Shown here: positions 38,449-48,140 of the stretch, piece by piece
Layout: the number at the start of each line of letters is the position of its first letter
Numbering within the stretch: the first letter of the stretch is position 1
Virus record (IMG/VR): IMGVR_UViG_3300000304_000007
Span: 17,651-81,650 of that record
Direction: 5' to 3' (one strand)
DNA length: 64,000 nt
DNA from: a virus
Program-made: the position numbers and the translations under genes
Notes under the pieces: model-generated
Databases searched by the model: none
What the model was told of the DNA's origin: nothing
The model's input: the letters and a program-made list of their open reading frames with translations, nothing else

Positions 38449-39719
38449 TATTCAGTTATTTCTATAGTTTTAAGAGTAACCTGTACATTGCTATTCCCCT
38501 CTATGATTGTACCATCAAGATTTATCAGAATAGTATACTTGGATACACTGTCATCCGAAGTATCAAGACCTACCACTACCAGTTTAATCTGGTTGTTTGA
38601 TTCAAAGGCAGAATACTGGATAGGCATCTTGTAACGCATAGGACGACCACTCAGACTGATACCCCAATCTATGTAAAGCTGAGGACCATAAGCGAATAAC
38701 CTCTTAAGCTCAACTACTGAATCTTCAGAGGTTTCATCATCTATACCAAACCAATTCATGATCTCGGATTTAGTATATACCTTGTCAGCTATTGTACGAA
38801 CGGGGATTCTGACTGCACCTGCATCTACAGCTGGTATTTCATCCGTAGTAGCTACAGTCTTCTTTCCTTTTGGAGTATCGTAGGTAATGTTATCCTTTGT
38901 ATTGAGATTAAGGTGATAGGAAACGGTTCCCACTTCTGCCTGGCTAACTTCATCTTCCTGCCCCTTATTGTAAGTACGCAGAGAAAGAAGGGCATATAAT
39001 GCACCAGCAATTGTTCCCATTATCTGAACTTCCTCTGGGAGAGCCCAAACTTTCTTGTCCCCTACTTCTTTTACTGGTATATATTCCTCAGGAACTTGGG
39101 TAAGGTAGTCACCTTTAGGTTGATAGGTTTCCTCAGCAGAAGCTTTGGTTAGATAAGGAGATAGATTAGGCATTTCAGGTATTTCTGACCTATGAGCATA
39201 AGGATCCTTCTCGGATGCTGCTGGAGCATAGTTTCCTTTTGGTTGATATTTCTCATCGGCCTCTGATTTCTTCAGGTAAGGTGTGAGAACCTCAGGATCC
39301 AGACTTACTTTTACAGAACCGTCTTCCTGTTTCTCCATGAGAATACCGGTTCCCTGAACGTAGTTCTGGAAGAGATCTTCCATAGGAACCTCCACAGATT
39401 TCTCGGAACCATCCTGAAGGATGAATACGAACTCGAGTTTCTTAGTCTCTTCATTGTAGTCAACACTCTCAAGATGCTGATCTTTGAAGAGGTTGATAGT
39501 GTCACCACTCGGATTGCCGTTATGGTCTAAGAGCTGGAAAGAAGCAACATAATCATCCGAAGTAGGATCTACTTTCTTGAGTGAGTATGTATTGCTGGAA
39601 ATCTCCCCACTGAATCCCTCTGAAAGGAGCTTTATGATCTGGAGTACAGATTCATTTCTGTACGGATCTAGCAACATGTTATCTACAAGTGCATAGATTT
39701 TCTTGAGAGTATCTTCCAT
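38448..39719 (-). CDS. Fibre/collar-associated structural protein
   Basis: Internal repeats YLKKSEADEKYQPKGNY / YLTKASAEETYQPKGDY; located in the fibre cluster. Confidence 0.65.
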   Translation of the reverse strand: MEDTLKKIYALVDNMLLDPYRNESVLQIIKLLSEGFSGEISSNTYSLKKVDPTSDDYVASFQLLDHNGNPSGDTINLFKDQHLESVDYNEETKKLEFVFILQDGSEKSVEVPMEDLFQNYVQGTGILMEKQEDGSVKVSLDPEVLTPYLKKSEADEKYQPKGNYAPAASEKDPYAHRSEIPEMPNLSPYLTKASAEETYQPKGDYLTQVPEEYIPVKEVGDKKVWALPEEVQIMGTIAGALYALLSLRTYNKGQEDEVSQAEVGTVSYHLNLNTKDNITYDTPKGKKTVATTDEIPAVDAGAVRIPVRTIADKVYTKSEIMNWFGIDDETSEDSVVELKRLFAYGPQLYIDWGISLSGRPMRYKMPIQYSAFESNNQIKLVVVGLDTSDDSVSKYTILINLDGTIIEGNSNVQVTLKTIEITE

Positions 39720-39745
39720 AATTCTTTGAGTTTAAACGTGGAGAA

Positions 39746-39771
39746 TGGGAGGAGACATTCAACTCCTCCCA
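39746..39771 (-). terminator. Stem-loop after the 212-aa gene
   Basis: Perfect 9-bp stem tgggaggag / ctcctccca. Confidence 0.6.
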
Positions 39772-39791
39772 CCCTTTTAAGGAATCTTTGA

Positions 39792-40430
39792 CTAGTTTGC
39801 AGAAACTGTGAACGTAGTGTTCGTAGTAACTGTAACCTCTACCTCGGTACCGTCCTGAGGAACATTTACTGATGTAGGGCTTACCTCGATAGTAGGATCA
39901 CCAGCAGCCTGTTTCAAAGTGATGGTAGCAGAAATACCAGCACCACCCTGACCCTGAACTGTGATAGTCTGGGTTCTTTCCTCTACAGTCTCATTTGCAG
40001 AAGCTGAAAGAGTAAGAGTGAATACGTACTGGGCTTTTGCACCAGGGTCACCTGTGATAGCTGTTCCGGAAGTAGCTGGATCACCGTTAGCCTCGTACTC
40101 TATTGCAGAGATATCAGCAGCGATAACCTCTCCGCTTCCCTTTGAGAAGGTAAGCATTGCAGAGTTTGACTTACCAGTGATAGTTACCGTACCTCCGGTC
40201 TTAACAACGGCCATTTCTGAACCATTGTCAAAACTTACAAACTCAGCTTTCGGAAGTAAGTTTGCAGTGAAGGTTTTCGGTGAGTCTACACCCGCAGCCT
40301 GAACTGAGAATACCTGGGTCTGTTTTACACGGTTACCAGGGTTAACCGGACTAGCTTTAACTTTGAGAGTGGTATTGCCTGATCCCGATCCCGGGGTCAC
40401 GAGAATACCGTTTTTAGTTACATCTGCCAT
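39792..40430 (-). CDS. 212-aa structural protein with a BACON second half at the N-terminus, an Ig-like core and a BACON first half at the C-terminus
   Basis: N-terminus: GILVTPGSGSGNTTLKVKASPVNPGNRVKQTQVFSV. C-terminus: TIEVSPTSVNVPQDGTEVEVTVTTNTTFTVSAN. Confidence 0.8.
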   Translation of the reverse strand: MADVTKNGILVTPGSGSGNTTLKVKASPVNPGNRVKQTQVFSVQAAGVDSPKTFTANLLPKAEFVSFDNGSEMAVVKTGGTVTITGKSNSAMLTFSKGSGEVIAADISAIEYEANGDPATSGTAITGDPGAKAQYVFTLTLSASANETVEERTQTITVQGQGGAGISATITLKQAAGDPTIEVSPTSVNVPQDGTEVEVTVTTNTTFTVSAN

Positions 40431-40455
40431 AACTTATAAAAAAAAACGGTTTGGT

Positions 40456-40683
40456 TTAACTTACTGAGAATGTTGAATTGGTATATACCTCGTTGGTATC
40501 TTCATAGTTGTTCCTTTCTTCCAAATATACCCTCTCTTTTTCAAGTTCAAGATATTTGAAGTCGGGAGCAGGCCAGATGATGACACCATTGAGTACTACC
40601 TGTTTGATTTTCCTTCGATTGTGAATAATCTGACCAACCTTTCGGAGATTGAAGATTATTTCCGAAGGTCTGTACGGCATCAT
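40456..40683 (-). CDS. Small structural protein ending in a half-BACON-like segment
   Basis: IKQVVLNGVIIWP motif and C-terminal YLEL...VYTNSTFSVS. Confidence 0.7.
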   Translation of the reverse strand: MMPYRPSEIIFNLRKVGQIIHNRRKIKQVVLNGVIIWPAPDFKYLELEKERVYLEERNNYEDTNEVYTNSTFSVS

Positions 40684-41519
40684 TTTGATACAGTTATGGA
40701 TTTGGTTGCAGAAGCCAGTATCTGACCTGTGTCTACCTGAACTAGTCTTACGAATAGCTTGTATTCACCAGCCATACTGAATGTCACATTGAAAGGAGTG
40801 GATACTTCATACTCTACAGGGAGATTGAAGCCGTATGATGGGCCCCAGTAACCTGAGTCTATGAATTCGTGGAGATTACCCTCAGAGTCAGCTGCAGAAG
40901 CAGTTACATGAGACCCTTGAGGTTTAGAAGAAGTTCCGAAGAGGATCCTTACCCTGTCTACACCCTTTTCACCAATGAGTTTAGTGTAGAGAGTAACTAA
41001 GACAGTTACAGGAACCTGAGGATTGATTTCTGTGTCACTTACCAGGAAGTTGAATCCGTAAGTAGCAACTTCAGGCATCTCTTCGTACTCAAAATAAAGT
41101 ATGTTATCTTTGACGGAAGGAGCAGATTCTACTACCTCCATCTCCTTAATGGTAGAGGAGACAATGAAATTGCCCTTTCCAGCAGTACCAGGAACTATCA
41201 AGCTAGTCCAATTCTTTTCGATATCGAACCAACCCGTGATGTTCTGTCCCTGATATAACCATACTTCTACCTTTGGAGGATTATCCTTGTTGAGGAAGGT
41301 GAGGATCTTTCCAGGCCCCCTCTCTTTCTCTTTTACAAGTGGTAAAGCCTCATCAAGGGTAAGTGGCCTATACTGACCGGGGCAGCAAGAATACCTGCTA
41401 GAGCAATCTATGACTGAACCAGCAAGAATCTGGTTTATCTCCCCCACACTAAATATGAGCTGCTCATTGGGATCTATACATCCGCAGTCGCAGTCTGGAT
41501 TACAGTTACAAGTGCTCAT
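40680..41519 (-). CDS. Hypothetical structural protein (Cys-rich N-terminus, Ig-like C-terminal domain)
   Basis: MSTCNCNPDCDCGC; C-terminal WGPSYGF...VTFSMAGEYKL...KSITV. Confidence 0.65.
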   Translation of the reverse strand: MSTCNCNPDCDCGCIDPNEQLIFSVGEINQILAGSVIDCSSRYSCCPGQYRPLTLDEALPLVKEKERGPGKILTFLNKDNPPKVEVWLYQGQNITGWFDIEKNWTSLIVPGTAGKGNFIVSSTIKEMEVVESAPSVKDNILYFEYEEMPEVATYGFNFLVSDTEINPQVPVTVLVTLYTKLIGEKGVDRVRILFGTSSKPQGSHVTASAADSEGNLHEFIDSGYWGPSYGFNLPVEYEVSTPFNVTFSMAGEYKLFVRLVQVDTGQILASATKSITVSK

Positions 41520-41530
41520 ATTGATGAAGT

Positions 41531-42175
41531 TTATAGTTTAATGGTTTGCCCATCTACAGTTTTCAGAGAACGAGAAGGAGTAAAGTCAGACCCCTTTGGA
41601 ATAATAAGAGGGAGCCCCCTCATATCCCTCAGCTGTTTACCTGAAGAGTCTATAGTATAAGTACCTTGCGTAGTAACTACTCTAGAAGTAGGGGAAGCAT
41701 AAGAGTTGAGGATATTCTCAGTCTCTTGTGGGTCTTCCCTTTTCATAGTGACAAAGAAAAGAAGAGCCTCGTCTTTGGCCTGAGCAACCTGAGTATCTCC
41801 TCCCGGCTTGTATACTTTGCCATTTACTATAAAACGATCTTCCGACCAATTATAATCCCAATACCCGAAGTCATCCAAGAATCCATTCTCGGATAGCAAC
41901 CTTGCAGATATATACAGGACCATATTTGATATGTCGAGCTCGCCGGTAAGAGATGGAGGATTTATTGGCCAAGTCTTGATGTAGTTGTACAAGAAGAGAC
42001 CCTCTAATTGTACTGGCTCATATACCACACCTGAATCTTCACCGTACGCTAATGGTTGCTCTATTTTCCTCAACCACAGGAATGGCTGCCGACCAGAATC
42101 ATTGTCGATGAAATCATTTATGATGTTCTTGTATTGAGTCCAGTCTACATCTGAGACTCTCCTGATCCTTGGCAT
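41531..42175 (-). CDS. Head-closure / neck protein (putative)
   Basis: Follows the adaptor gene; DRFIVNGKVYKP...QVAQ beta-barrel-like motif. Confidence 0.55.
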   Translation of the reverse strand: MPRIRRVSDVDWTQYKNIINDFIDNDSGRQPFLWLRKIEQPLAYGEDSGVVYEPVQLEGLFLYNYIKTWPINPPSLTGELDISNMVLYISARLLSENGFLDDFGYWDYNWSEDRFIVNGKVYKPGGDTQVAQAKDEALLFFVTMKREDPQETENILNSYASPTSRVVTTQGTYTIDSSGKQLRDMRGLPLIIPKGSDFTPSRSLKTVDGQTIKL

Positions 42176-42179
42176 AATT

Positions 42180-43088
42180 CTAGAGTATTGGTTCTACTGG
42201 GTCGGGTCCACCAAGGAATCCAGGATTGCGCCTGTTGACTACTCTTGGAACTACCCTCTTAGCAGAAGGACGGTTACAAATAGGGAGGTAGATATCTAGC
42301 CTCTCTGCAAGCATACAGATGTTTTCTTTCAGGACATCAAGTGTTCCATCTTCTCCCAGTGCTTTTATAGCATTAGAAGCGAAGTCTGAATCCTGAGCAG
42401 CATCATCGAAATATTCTACTTCAGTTGGACCAGTCTGTATCTTCTTAACTCGTCCAGAGGTAATTCCTCCATTGGCATCTTGTTCAGTGGAAGAGGATTG
42501 ACCCATCAGAGAACCAAGAGGATTCTTAGAAGAACTGCTTGACGAAGTCTGTATAGCATTGTTATCCTTCACAGCAGCAGCAGTTGCTTGCACCATGAGA
42601 TTCACCTGCAAAACCATATAATCATATGCTGCCAATTCCATTATTAGCTCGTTTTCTAGAGCTTCATAATATAATTCATTAGCATACTGTTCTACGGGAA
42701 TGCAATGATTCACTAGAGGCTGAATATACAACTGCCACTTAGTTATGAACTGCCTTTTGACTTTAGCAGAAACTGTCCCGAATATGTTCTTGGGAATATA
42801 GGTATCAATCAGACAATAGATTGAACAAGGAAGATGAGTCTTTACAAAGTCGGTTATCAGGATATCATCCTCAGCCTGACCAAGGACTTCTTTAGTGTCT
42901 TTGTCTACTACCTGAAGTGTTACACTATAATCCCCAGCACACTTATAATGGTGTACTGGGTTTTTCTGAAATGAGGTTTCCCCGTCTCCAAAGTCCCATT
43001 GATACTGAGTACCAAGAGGAACTCCATCTGACAAGTTTTTGAAAGTTACTCTGAGTCCTACTGTAGTAAAGTTGAAATCTACTACCAT
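42180..43088 (-). CDS. PKD-domain protein fused to a head-tail adaptor-like domain
   Basis: VTFKNLS...YQWDFGDGETSFQKNPVHHYKCAGDYSVTLQV; C-terminal KKIQTGPTEVEY. Confidence 0.8.
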   Translation of the reverse strand: MVVDFNFTTVGLRVTFKNLSDGVPLGTQYQWDFGDGETSFQKNPVHHYKCAGDYSVTLQVVDKDTKEVLGQAEDDILITDFVKTHLPCSIYCLIDTYIPKNIFGTVSAKVKRQFITKWQLYIQPLVNHCIPVEQYANELYYEALENELIMELAAYDYMVLQVNLMVQATAAAVKDNNAIQTSSSSSSKNPLGSLMGQSSSTEQDANGGITSGRVKKIQTGPTEVEYFDDAAQDSDFASNAIKALGEDGTLDVLKENICMLAERLDIYLPICNRPSAKRVVPRVVNRRNPGFLGGPDPVEPIL

Positions 43089-43103
43089 AGGAAACTGTAT
43101 TGG

Positions 43104-43508
43104 TTATTCCTCGGCAGCCTCTTCTGCAGCAGAGATCTCCTCTTTGATTGCTGCAATCAGATCAGCCTTGGTATCCCCCTCTTCGGGTTCAATGTCAAGT
43201 TCTGCAGCAGCTTTCTTGAGAGATTCCATAGAGAAGGCCTTTTCTAGCTTCTTATCTGAAGCACCGGCATCCATCAGCCTACGGAATTTCTCCAAGGCAG
43301 ATTCAGCAGGAACTACAGGAGCCTGTGCAGTATCAGGAACTTCAGCTCTTACAAGATGACCACCCTGAAAAGCTTTCTGAAATCTTGGAAGCCTGCACTG
43401 AGCCATGCTGAGTTCTTTGACTTCACCCTTGGTGATATAGATACCAGTACCAGGATCCGAGAAGATATTAGCTTTGGCACCGAGTTTTACTTTGATTGTA
43501 TTTGCCAT
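43104..43508 (-). CDS. Hypothetical head-region protein (C-terminal HeH/Rho-N-like helix pair)
   Basis: ESLKKAAAELDIEPEEGDTKADLIAAI; directly after the major capsid gene. Confidence 0.65.
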   Translation of the reverse strand: MANTIKVKLGAKANIFSDPGTGIYITKGEVKELSMAQCRLPRFQKAFQGGHLVRAEVPDTAQAPVVPAESALEKFRRLMDAGASDKKLEKAFSMESLKKAAAELDIEPEEGDTKADLIAAIKEEISAAEEAAEE

Positions 43509-43574
43509 GATTTGGTTGATTTAATTGGTTTAAAGGACATAGTAGAGATCCCTCCCTGCTATGCCCCTTGCGGT

Positions 43575-44693
43575 TTACTGAAGATTTACTGAAAGGTACG
43601 GATCGATGTTCATGAACTCTGGGAATCCATTGTCCTCGAACTTCTTCGTCTGGTCGATGAGAAGAGCAGCATCCAGGAACATCTTTGAGAATCCAGTTGT
43701 GAGAGAAGCATAGATTGCTTCAGTCTGATTGGAAACTATCCTTTCTGATTCGAGCATCAACTGACGAGCCGTGAGCTTAATCAAAGCTGCTGAAGGATCC
43801 ACAAGCAGTACACTTGGTGAAGGCACTGAAGGGTGGATATAGAAGTCAGCTGAGTTTGGAACCGGAGTATGGAGATTCAGGGTAGCCTGAGTTGTACCGG
43901 CCATGCGGATCTTGAATTCTGGGAGATCCAGGATGTTGAGAGCCTCTTCCTCTGAACCAATCATGGTAGTGAACCTTCTTCCGAGGCGAGATGCACGGAT
44001 CCAGATCTTGAGGAGATCCTTGTACTGGATGCCCTGAGCAGTATCTGCAACTCCGAGAACCGGAGCAGATTCTGAACCGTCTGCCTGGTTACCGTTGATG
44101 AGAACGTCCATTGCCAGAGTGTCAAGGGCATATCCGAGCTGGATACCGAAGTCACGGAGGAAGATAGACATTACGTCGAGAGAAACGTAGTTCTTGACCT
44201 CATCGGTGATCTTAAATCCCTTACCCATTTTGAAGAGGGTAACAGATTTCTGTCCGAAGCTTACGGAACCGAGAGGGATAGTCTCAGCTTCGTTTACCCT
44301 TGCAGGGGTAGCATCAGACATATTGATCATAGGCATGATTGCTGAAAGACCGCTGATTGGCTGGTCAGAAGCAATTACATTCGGATAGAACGGAGCCTCC
44401 CTTACACCTGTAAGGATAGCAGCACGGATGATCTCTGGTACCAGCCATCTGATTGACTGATCTGGCATGGTGAAAAGGTTCTGCATGGTATCGACCTTGG
44501 TATTTACCCCGATCTTGTCCATGTAGTCCTCCATTGAGAGACCATATCTTTCTTTTACATATTCCTCCAGGGAGATCTCCACTGGCTTCATGTTTTCAGA
44601 ACCAGCACGAATTGCATCGAGCTGCTGAACTGCAGGCTGAAGTTCCTTGAGGAAGTCTCCTGCTTTCATTTTAGCTATGTCTACTGTTGCCAT
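43575..44693 (-). CDS. Major capsid protein (HK97 fold)
   Basis: 372 aa; RWLVPEII, ARVNEAETIP, KMGKGFKITDE; follows the protease and decoration genes. Confidence 0.9.
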   Translation of the reverse strand: MATVDIAKMKAGDFLKELQPAVQQLDAIRAGSENMKPVEISLEEYVKERYGLSMEDYMDKIGVNTKVDTMQNLFTMPDQSIRWLVPEIIRAAILTGVREAPFYPNVIASDQPISGLSAIMPMINMSDATPARVNEAETIPLGSVSFGQKSVTLFKMGKGFKITDEVKNYVSLDVMSIFLRDFGIQLGYALDTLAMDVLINGNQADGSESAPVLGVADTAQGIQYKDLLKIWIRASRLGRRFTTMIGSEEEALNILDLPEFKIRMAGTTQATLNLHTPVPNSADFYIHPSVPSPSVLLVDPSAALIKLTARQLMLESERIVSNQTEAIYASLTTGFSKMFLDAALLIDQTKKFEDNGFPEFMNIDPYLSVNLQ

Positions 44694-44711
44694 AATTGAA
44701 ACGATTTCTTG

Positions 44712-45155
44712 TTATTTTACGAGTACCTGAACCAGTTCGTCTGCGTCCTCAGTAGCATTGATTGCTATGAAAGCAGTCTCGTCGGATGACTCAGCATACG
44801 GAACATACATTGATTTTTCTGGAAGGGCCTGAGGAACCACGTATCCAGCCTTGAGAGCAGCACTTGATACACCGTAAACGATGCAGAAGCCCTCTACTGC
44901 TACTGTTACCTCATTTCCCGGATAAGCAGGGAAGACTGAATCAGTCATTGCAACTCCGAGATATACACCAGTTCCGAGGTAAGGGGAGATAGTTCCATCT
45001 TCCTCCAGTCCGACTGGCATACCCTGTACAATTGTCTCACCTTCCTTTACTACGAAGGCCTGATGGAGTTTGTGGGATTCACTCTTGAAAACCACAGTCT
45101 GAGGAGTTTTGACTCCAACCAGAGTCATATCCTGCGGATTGTTATAAGGCATCAT
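44712..45155 (-). CDS. Capsid decoration / cement protein
   Basis: 147 aa between scaffold and capsid genes; IVQGMPVGL...LGVAM...VTVAVEG. Confidence 0.7.
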   Translation of the reverse strand: MMPYNNPQDMTLVGVKTPQTVVFKSESHKLHQAFVVKEGETIVQGMPVGLEEDGTISPYLGTGVYLGVAMTDSVFPAYPGNEVTVAVEGFCIVYGVSSAALKAGYVVPQALPEKSMYVPYAESSDETAFIAINATEDADELVQVLVK

Positions 45156-45168
45156 AATTTATAAGATT

Positions 45169-46617
45169 TTATTTGATTTTTGATTTGGCCATGTTCCTGA
45201 CAGTATCAGCAACGGATACCTCCTCAGTGTTCTTAGTTTCGTCTACTTTTGCAGTCTCTTCATCGTTTTCTTCGATTGAAGAAGCACGGCTGATGTCGTG
45301 AGAACCGCAATTTGCACAAGCGAGAGGGAATTTCTCATCCAGCTGCTTGTCATAAGACTTCTTGAGAGAAAGGAGAGTCTCCAACCCTGTAGTCTCATTG
45401 TTGATGAGAGAAAGGATGGTCTCATCTACCTGTTCACCCATGAGCTTCTTGTAAGAAGCAACAGTGGATTCTCTTACCTCTGAAAGGTGAGAAGTTCCGA
45501 TAGCAGCCATCTTCTCGTTCAGCTTAATAGTAGCATCTCTTTCCTCGATGTCTTTCTTGAGCTGAGCAATAGTGGCATCTGCCTGGGTTCTAGCCTCAGA
45601 CAGAGTCTGATTCTCAGATACAAGGGTCTTGATCTGAGAGAGAGCAATCTCAACACTTGCAGTCTCACCCTCTGCAAGAGTGAGGCAGCCCTGTCCGAAG
45701 AGTTGCTCCAGGAATTGCTGTAATTCGTTCATGTTTGATTGATTTGAGTTTGTATTTGTTTTGCCCTCATGTTTAGAATACATGGTATTGTGCATGGTAT
45801 CTTCCTGAGTCTTGAAACTGAAAGACCAGAATTTCTTAGCCAAGTCGGCTGGCTCAGAGAATTTACCATAAGCAGCGGCAGCATAATCTGAGTTGATTAT
45901 CTTACCATCTTTTATCATCTTGGCAAAAGGATCTGCACCCTGCCATACCAGAGAAGTCTCCAGGTAGCACTGGATATTAGTAGCAATCCTTCTGACCATC
46001 TGACCATCTTCAGCATAAGTACCCAATTTATCCCAGAACTCATAAGGTTTGTCGAAGTTATGGGAAGGCTTCCATTCGAATCTCACCGTAACGGAATTGG
46101 AGTGAATGGAAGGAGGGTCCATATTTATGCCTCTAGCAATTCTTGGGTTTGCTTTAGCATCTATTTTGAAAACTCCATTTATTCCCGCTGGAATGGTCTT
46201 ATTCCCTATTTTATAGGCATCTTGCCACTGAACTGATTTTATAGATCCAATAGCATTTGCAATATCCGTCTCGTGATCACAGTTGACTGTCATGCCGAGA
46301 AGGAGGTGCATAGATTCCTTGAGAACATCGGCAGGGAATTCTGTTGGAAGAGTATTCTTAGCAACTACGCAGTTGGATAGAAGCCTGAACATTGGCTCTA
46401 TGAACTCATCCTCGTTAGGATTAAAAGAATCGGGCTGAGCATCCGGATAGAAGCTGTTGTAGTTGTTGCCTCCACCAAACAAGCCAAAAGAATCCAAGCT
46501 GGATTCAGTAGCTACAGAGGCATATCCTGATGCAAGCTTTTCAGGGTCATTCTTGACCACATTTGGGAACATCATAGAATGATCAGCTCCCAATACCATT
46601 ACATCTACTTCTGGCAT
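45169..46617 (-). CDS. Prohead protease plus scaffold
   Basis: VNCDHE...IGSI; IHSNSV; ETSLVWQGADPFA; coiled-coil acidic C-terminus. Confidence 0.8.
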   Translation of the reverse strand: MPEVDVMVLGADHSMMFPNVVKNDPEKLASGYASVATESSLDSFGLFGGGNNYNSFYPDAQPDSFNPNEDEFIEPMFRLLSNCVVAKNTLPTEFPADVLKESMHLLLGMTVNCDHETDIANAIGSIKSVQWQDAYKIGNKTIPAGINGVFKIDAKANPRIARGINMDPPSIHSNSVTVRFEWKPSHNFDKPYEFWDKLGTYAEDGQMVRRIATNIQCYLETSLVWQGADPFAKMIKDGKIINSDYAAAAYGKFSEPADLAKKFWSFSFKTQEDTMHNTMYSKHEGKTNTNSNQSNMNELQQFLEQLFGQGCLTLAEGETASVEIALSQIKTLVSENQTLSEARTQADATIAQLKKDIEERDATIKLNEKMAAIGTSHLSEVRESTVASYKKLMGEQVDETILSLINNETTGLETLLSLKKSYDKQLDEKFPLACANCGSHDISRASSIEENDEETAKVDETKNTEEVSVADTVRNMAKSKIK

Positions 46618-46619
46618 AG

Positions 46620-48140
46620 TTAACGTCTCCTTGTATCTTGATCATGCCTCTTAGGAGTAGGGTTATTCTTATCCCTGCCCTTTCTGTCTGAGGCTTCTTT
46701 GTCCTTCTTTCTCTCATTGTCCTTTATATCCTGGGCAGAAGGAGTTGACCCGGGATCCAGGAATTCTTCTCTAGGCTTCTTCTCAGCTGGCTTGCTATAA
46801 CCCATCTCCCAAGCAAACTGTTCTTGGCCGATGATACCCTGTGCATAAAGAGTACTGAGGTTCTTGATTTTGTACTCAAGTCCCTGTTGAACTTTGACTT
46901 CATCAGATACTGTAGTAGTGTTGAATACTACCTTCATACCCTTGTTATCAAATCCAGCCAGTCTGAGCTCAAGGGAATAGATGAACTCAAGAGCAAATGC
47001 AAGAATCATCTGCAAGTTCTTCAACTGAGAGAGCATCTTTGACAGCAATACTCCAGCTCCACCCTCTGTAGTAGTAGATTGAACTCCTATGATAGTGCCA
47101 TTTACTCCGAGACCATTAGCAACTCTCTGCTGATTCATTGCCCATGGCTTATCTATGTTGTTCAGATCTTTAGTAGTAGAATTGAGTTCGAATTCATGAT
47201 CATCTATGTAACCCGTAACAATTCCATCCCTCATACCATCCTTCAAGTTCTTCTTGAGCTTTATGAGGTTAGACCTCAATCGGGCAGCATAAGCAGCATC
47301 TGATTCTGAAGCCCTCCTCATGGGCTTAGCCATCTTAGCCTCCAGGAATCCCATCATACCCATCTGCTCCATTATATGTTTGAAGTTCTCCCACATATTG
47401 TGCTGACCAGTGATAGAATCCAGAGAACTCAGGAATGGAGGAACTCCGTATGGTTCATCAGTATCATTGTACATCCCTATGTACTTATAGGTCTCGGTAT
47501 TGAGCTTGATGTACATGTTCTTGAGATTCTTCCTCCCTATGGACATCGGATTCTTCTGATACGGATGATATACTCCGTTTCCCAGTCTCCTGAAGAGAAT
47601 AGATTCAGGCTTCAAAAACAGTATAGTAGCAAGTCCTGAGAGATCTCTGTTTGGTACAGCCTCAATAGATATGGCTCCCCCTACCAGGAGTTGAACTAAC
47701 ATCTTGTTGACTAGACCATCGATACCAGCTGTGTATCTAGTCCAATTCTTAGAAGCCTGGGAAAGATGATCTCTCATCTTCTCTGCCTCTTCAGGAGTAT
47801 TGTTGGGAAAGGAGATGTAGTGACCAGTATTGGCCAGTTTGAACATATCTTGCAGAGCAATGCTTACATCTGGATTGATCTTATAGAGATCTCTGATGAT
47901 GGGTATCAACTCTGTACGGAAGGATGGAGTAATCATCTGGGTCATGTGTTTCAATGACACCAAATAACCTCCCGGAGGAGTCTCTGGTTCTGAAACTCTG
48001 CCAGGAGGAATTGCTACTTCCTTGGGAGGTCTCTTCTTTTTGGGAGCCTCGTTATGTACCTGGACTGGCTTATTCTGGAACCAAGTCCGTGGATCAAAAA
48101 TTGACATATCTTTGGTGTTTTGATTATTCTGGCAGTACAA
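46620..48140 (-). CDS. Portal protein
   Basis: 506 aa immediately after terminase; YGVPPFL and helical gate region. Confidence 0.85.
   Translation of the reverse strand: MYCQNNQNTKDMSIFDPRTWFQNKPVQVHNEAPKKKRPPKEVAIPPGRVSEPETPPGGYLVSLKHMTQMITPSFRTELIPIIRDLYKINPDVSIALQDMFKLANTGHYISFPNNTPEEAEKMRDHLSQASKNWTRYTAGIDGLVNKMLVQLLVGGAISIEAVPNRDLSGLATILFLKPESILFRRLGNGVYHPYQKNPMSIGRKNLKNMYIKLNTETYKYIGMYNDTDEPYGVPPFLSSLDSITGQHNMWENFKHIMEQMGMMGFLEAKMAKPMRRASESDAAYAARLRSNLIKLKKNLKDGMRDGIVTGYIDDHEFELNSTTKDLNNIDKPWAMNQQRVANGLGVNGTIIGVQSTTTEGGAGVLLSKMLSQLKNLQMILAFALEFIYSLELRLAGFDNKGMKVVFNTTTVSDEVKVQQGLEYKIKNLSTLYAQGIIGQEQFAWEMGYSKPAEKKPREEFLDPGSTPSAQDIKDNERKKDKEASDRKGRDKNNPTPKRHDQDTRRR

Noticed and set aside
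40431-40455. T9 run between the 75-aa donor gene and the 212-aa acceptor gene as a way to fuse the two half domains
   Set aside because: A TAA stop precedes the run, so fusion would need both readthrough and slippage. The other donor/acceptor pairs are not adjacent, so genetic fusion cannot explain the pattern.
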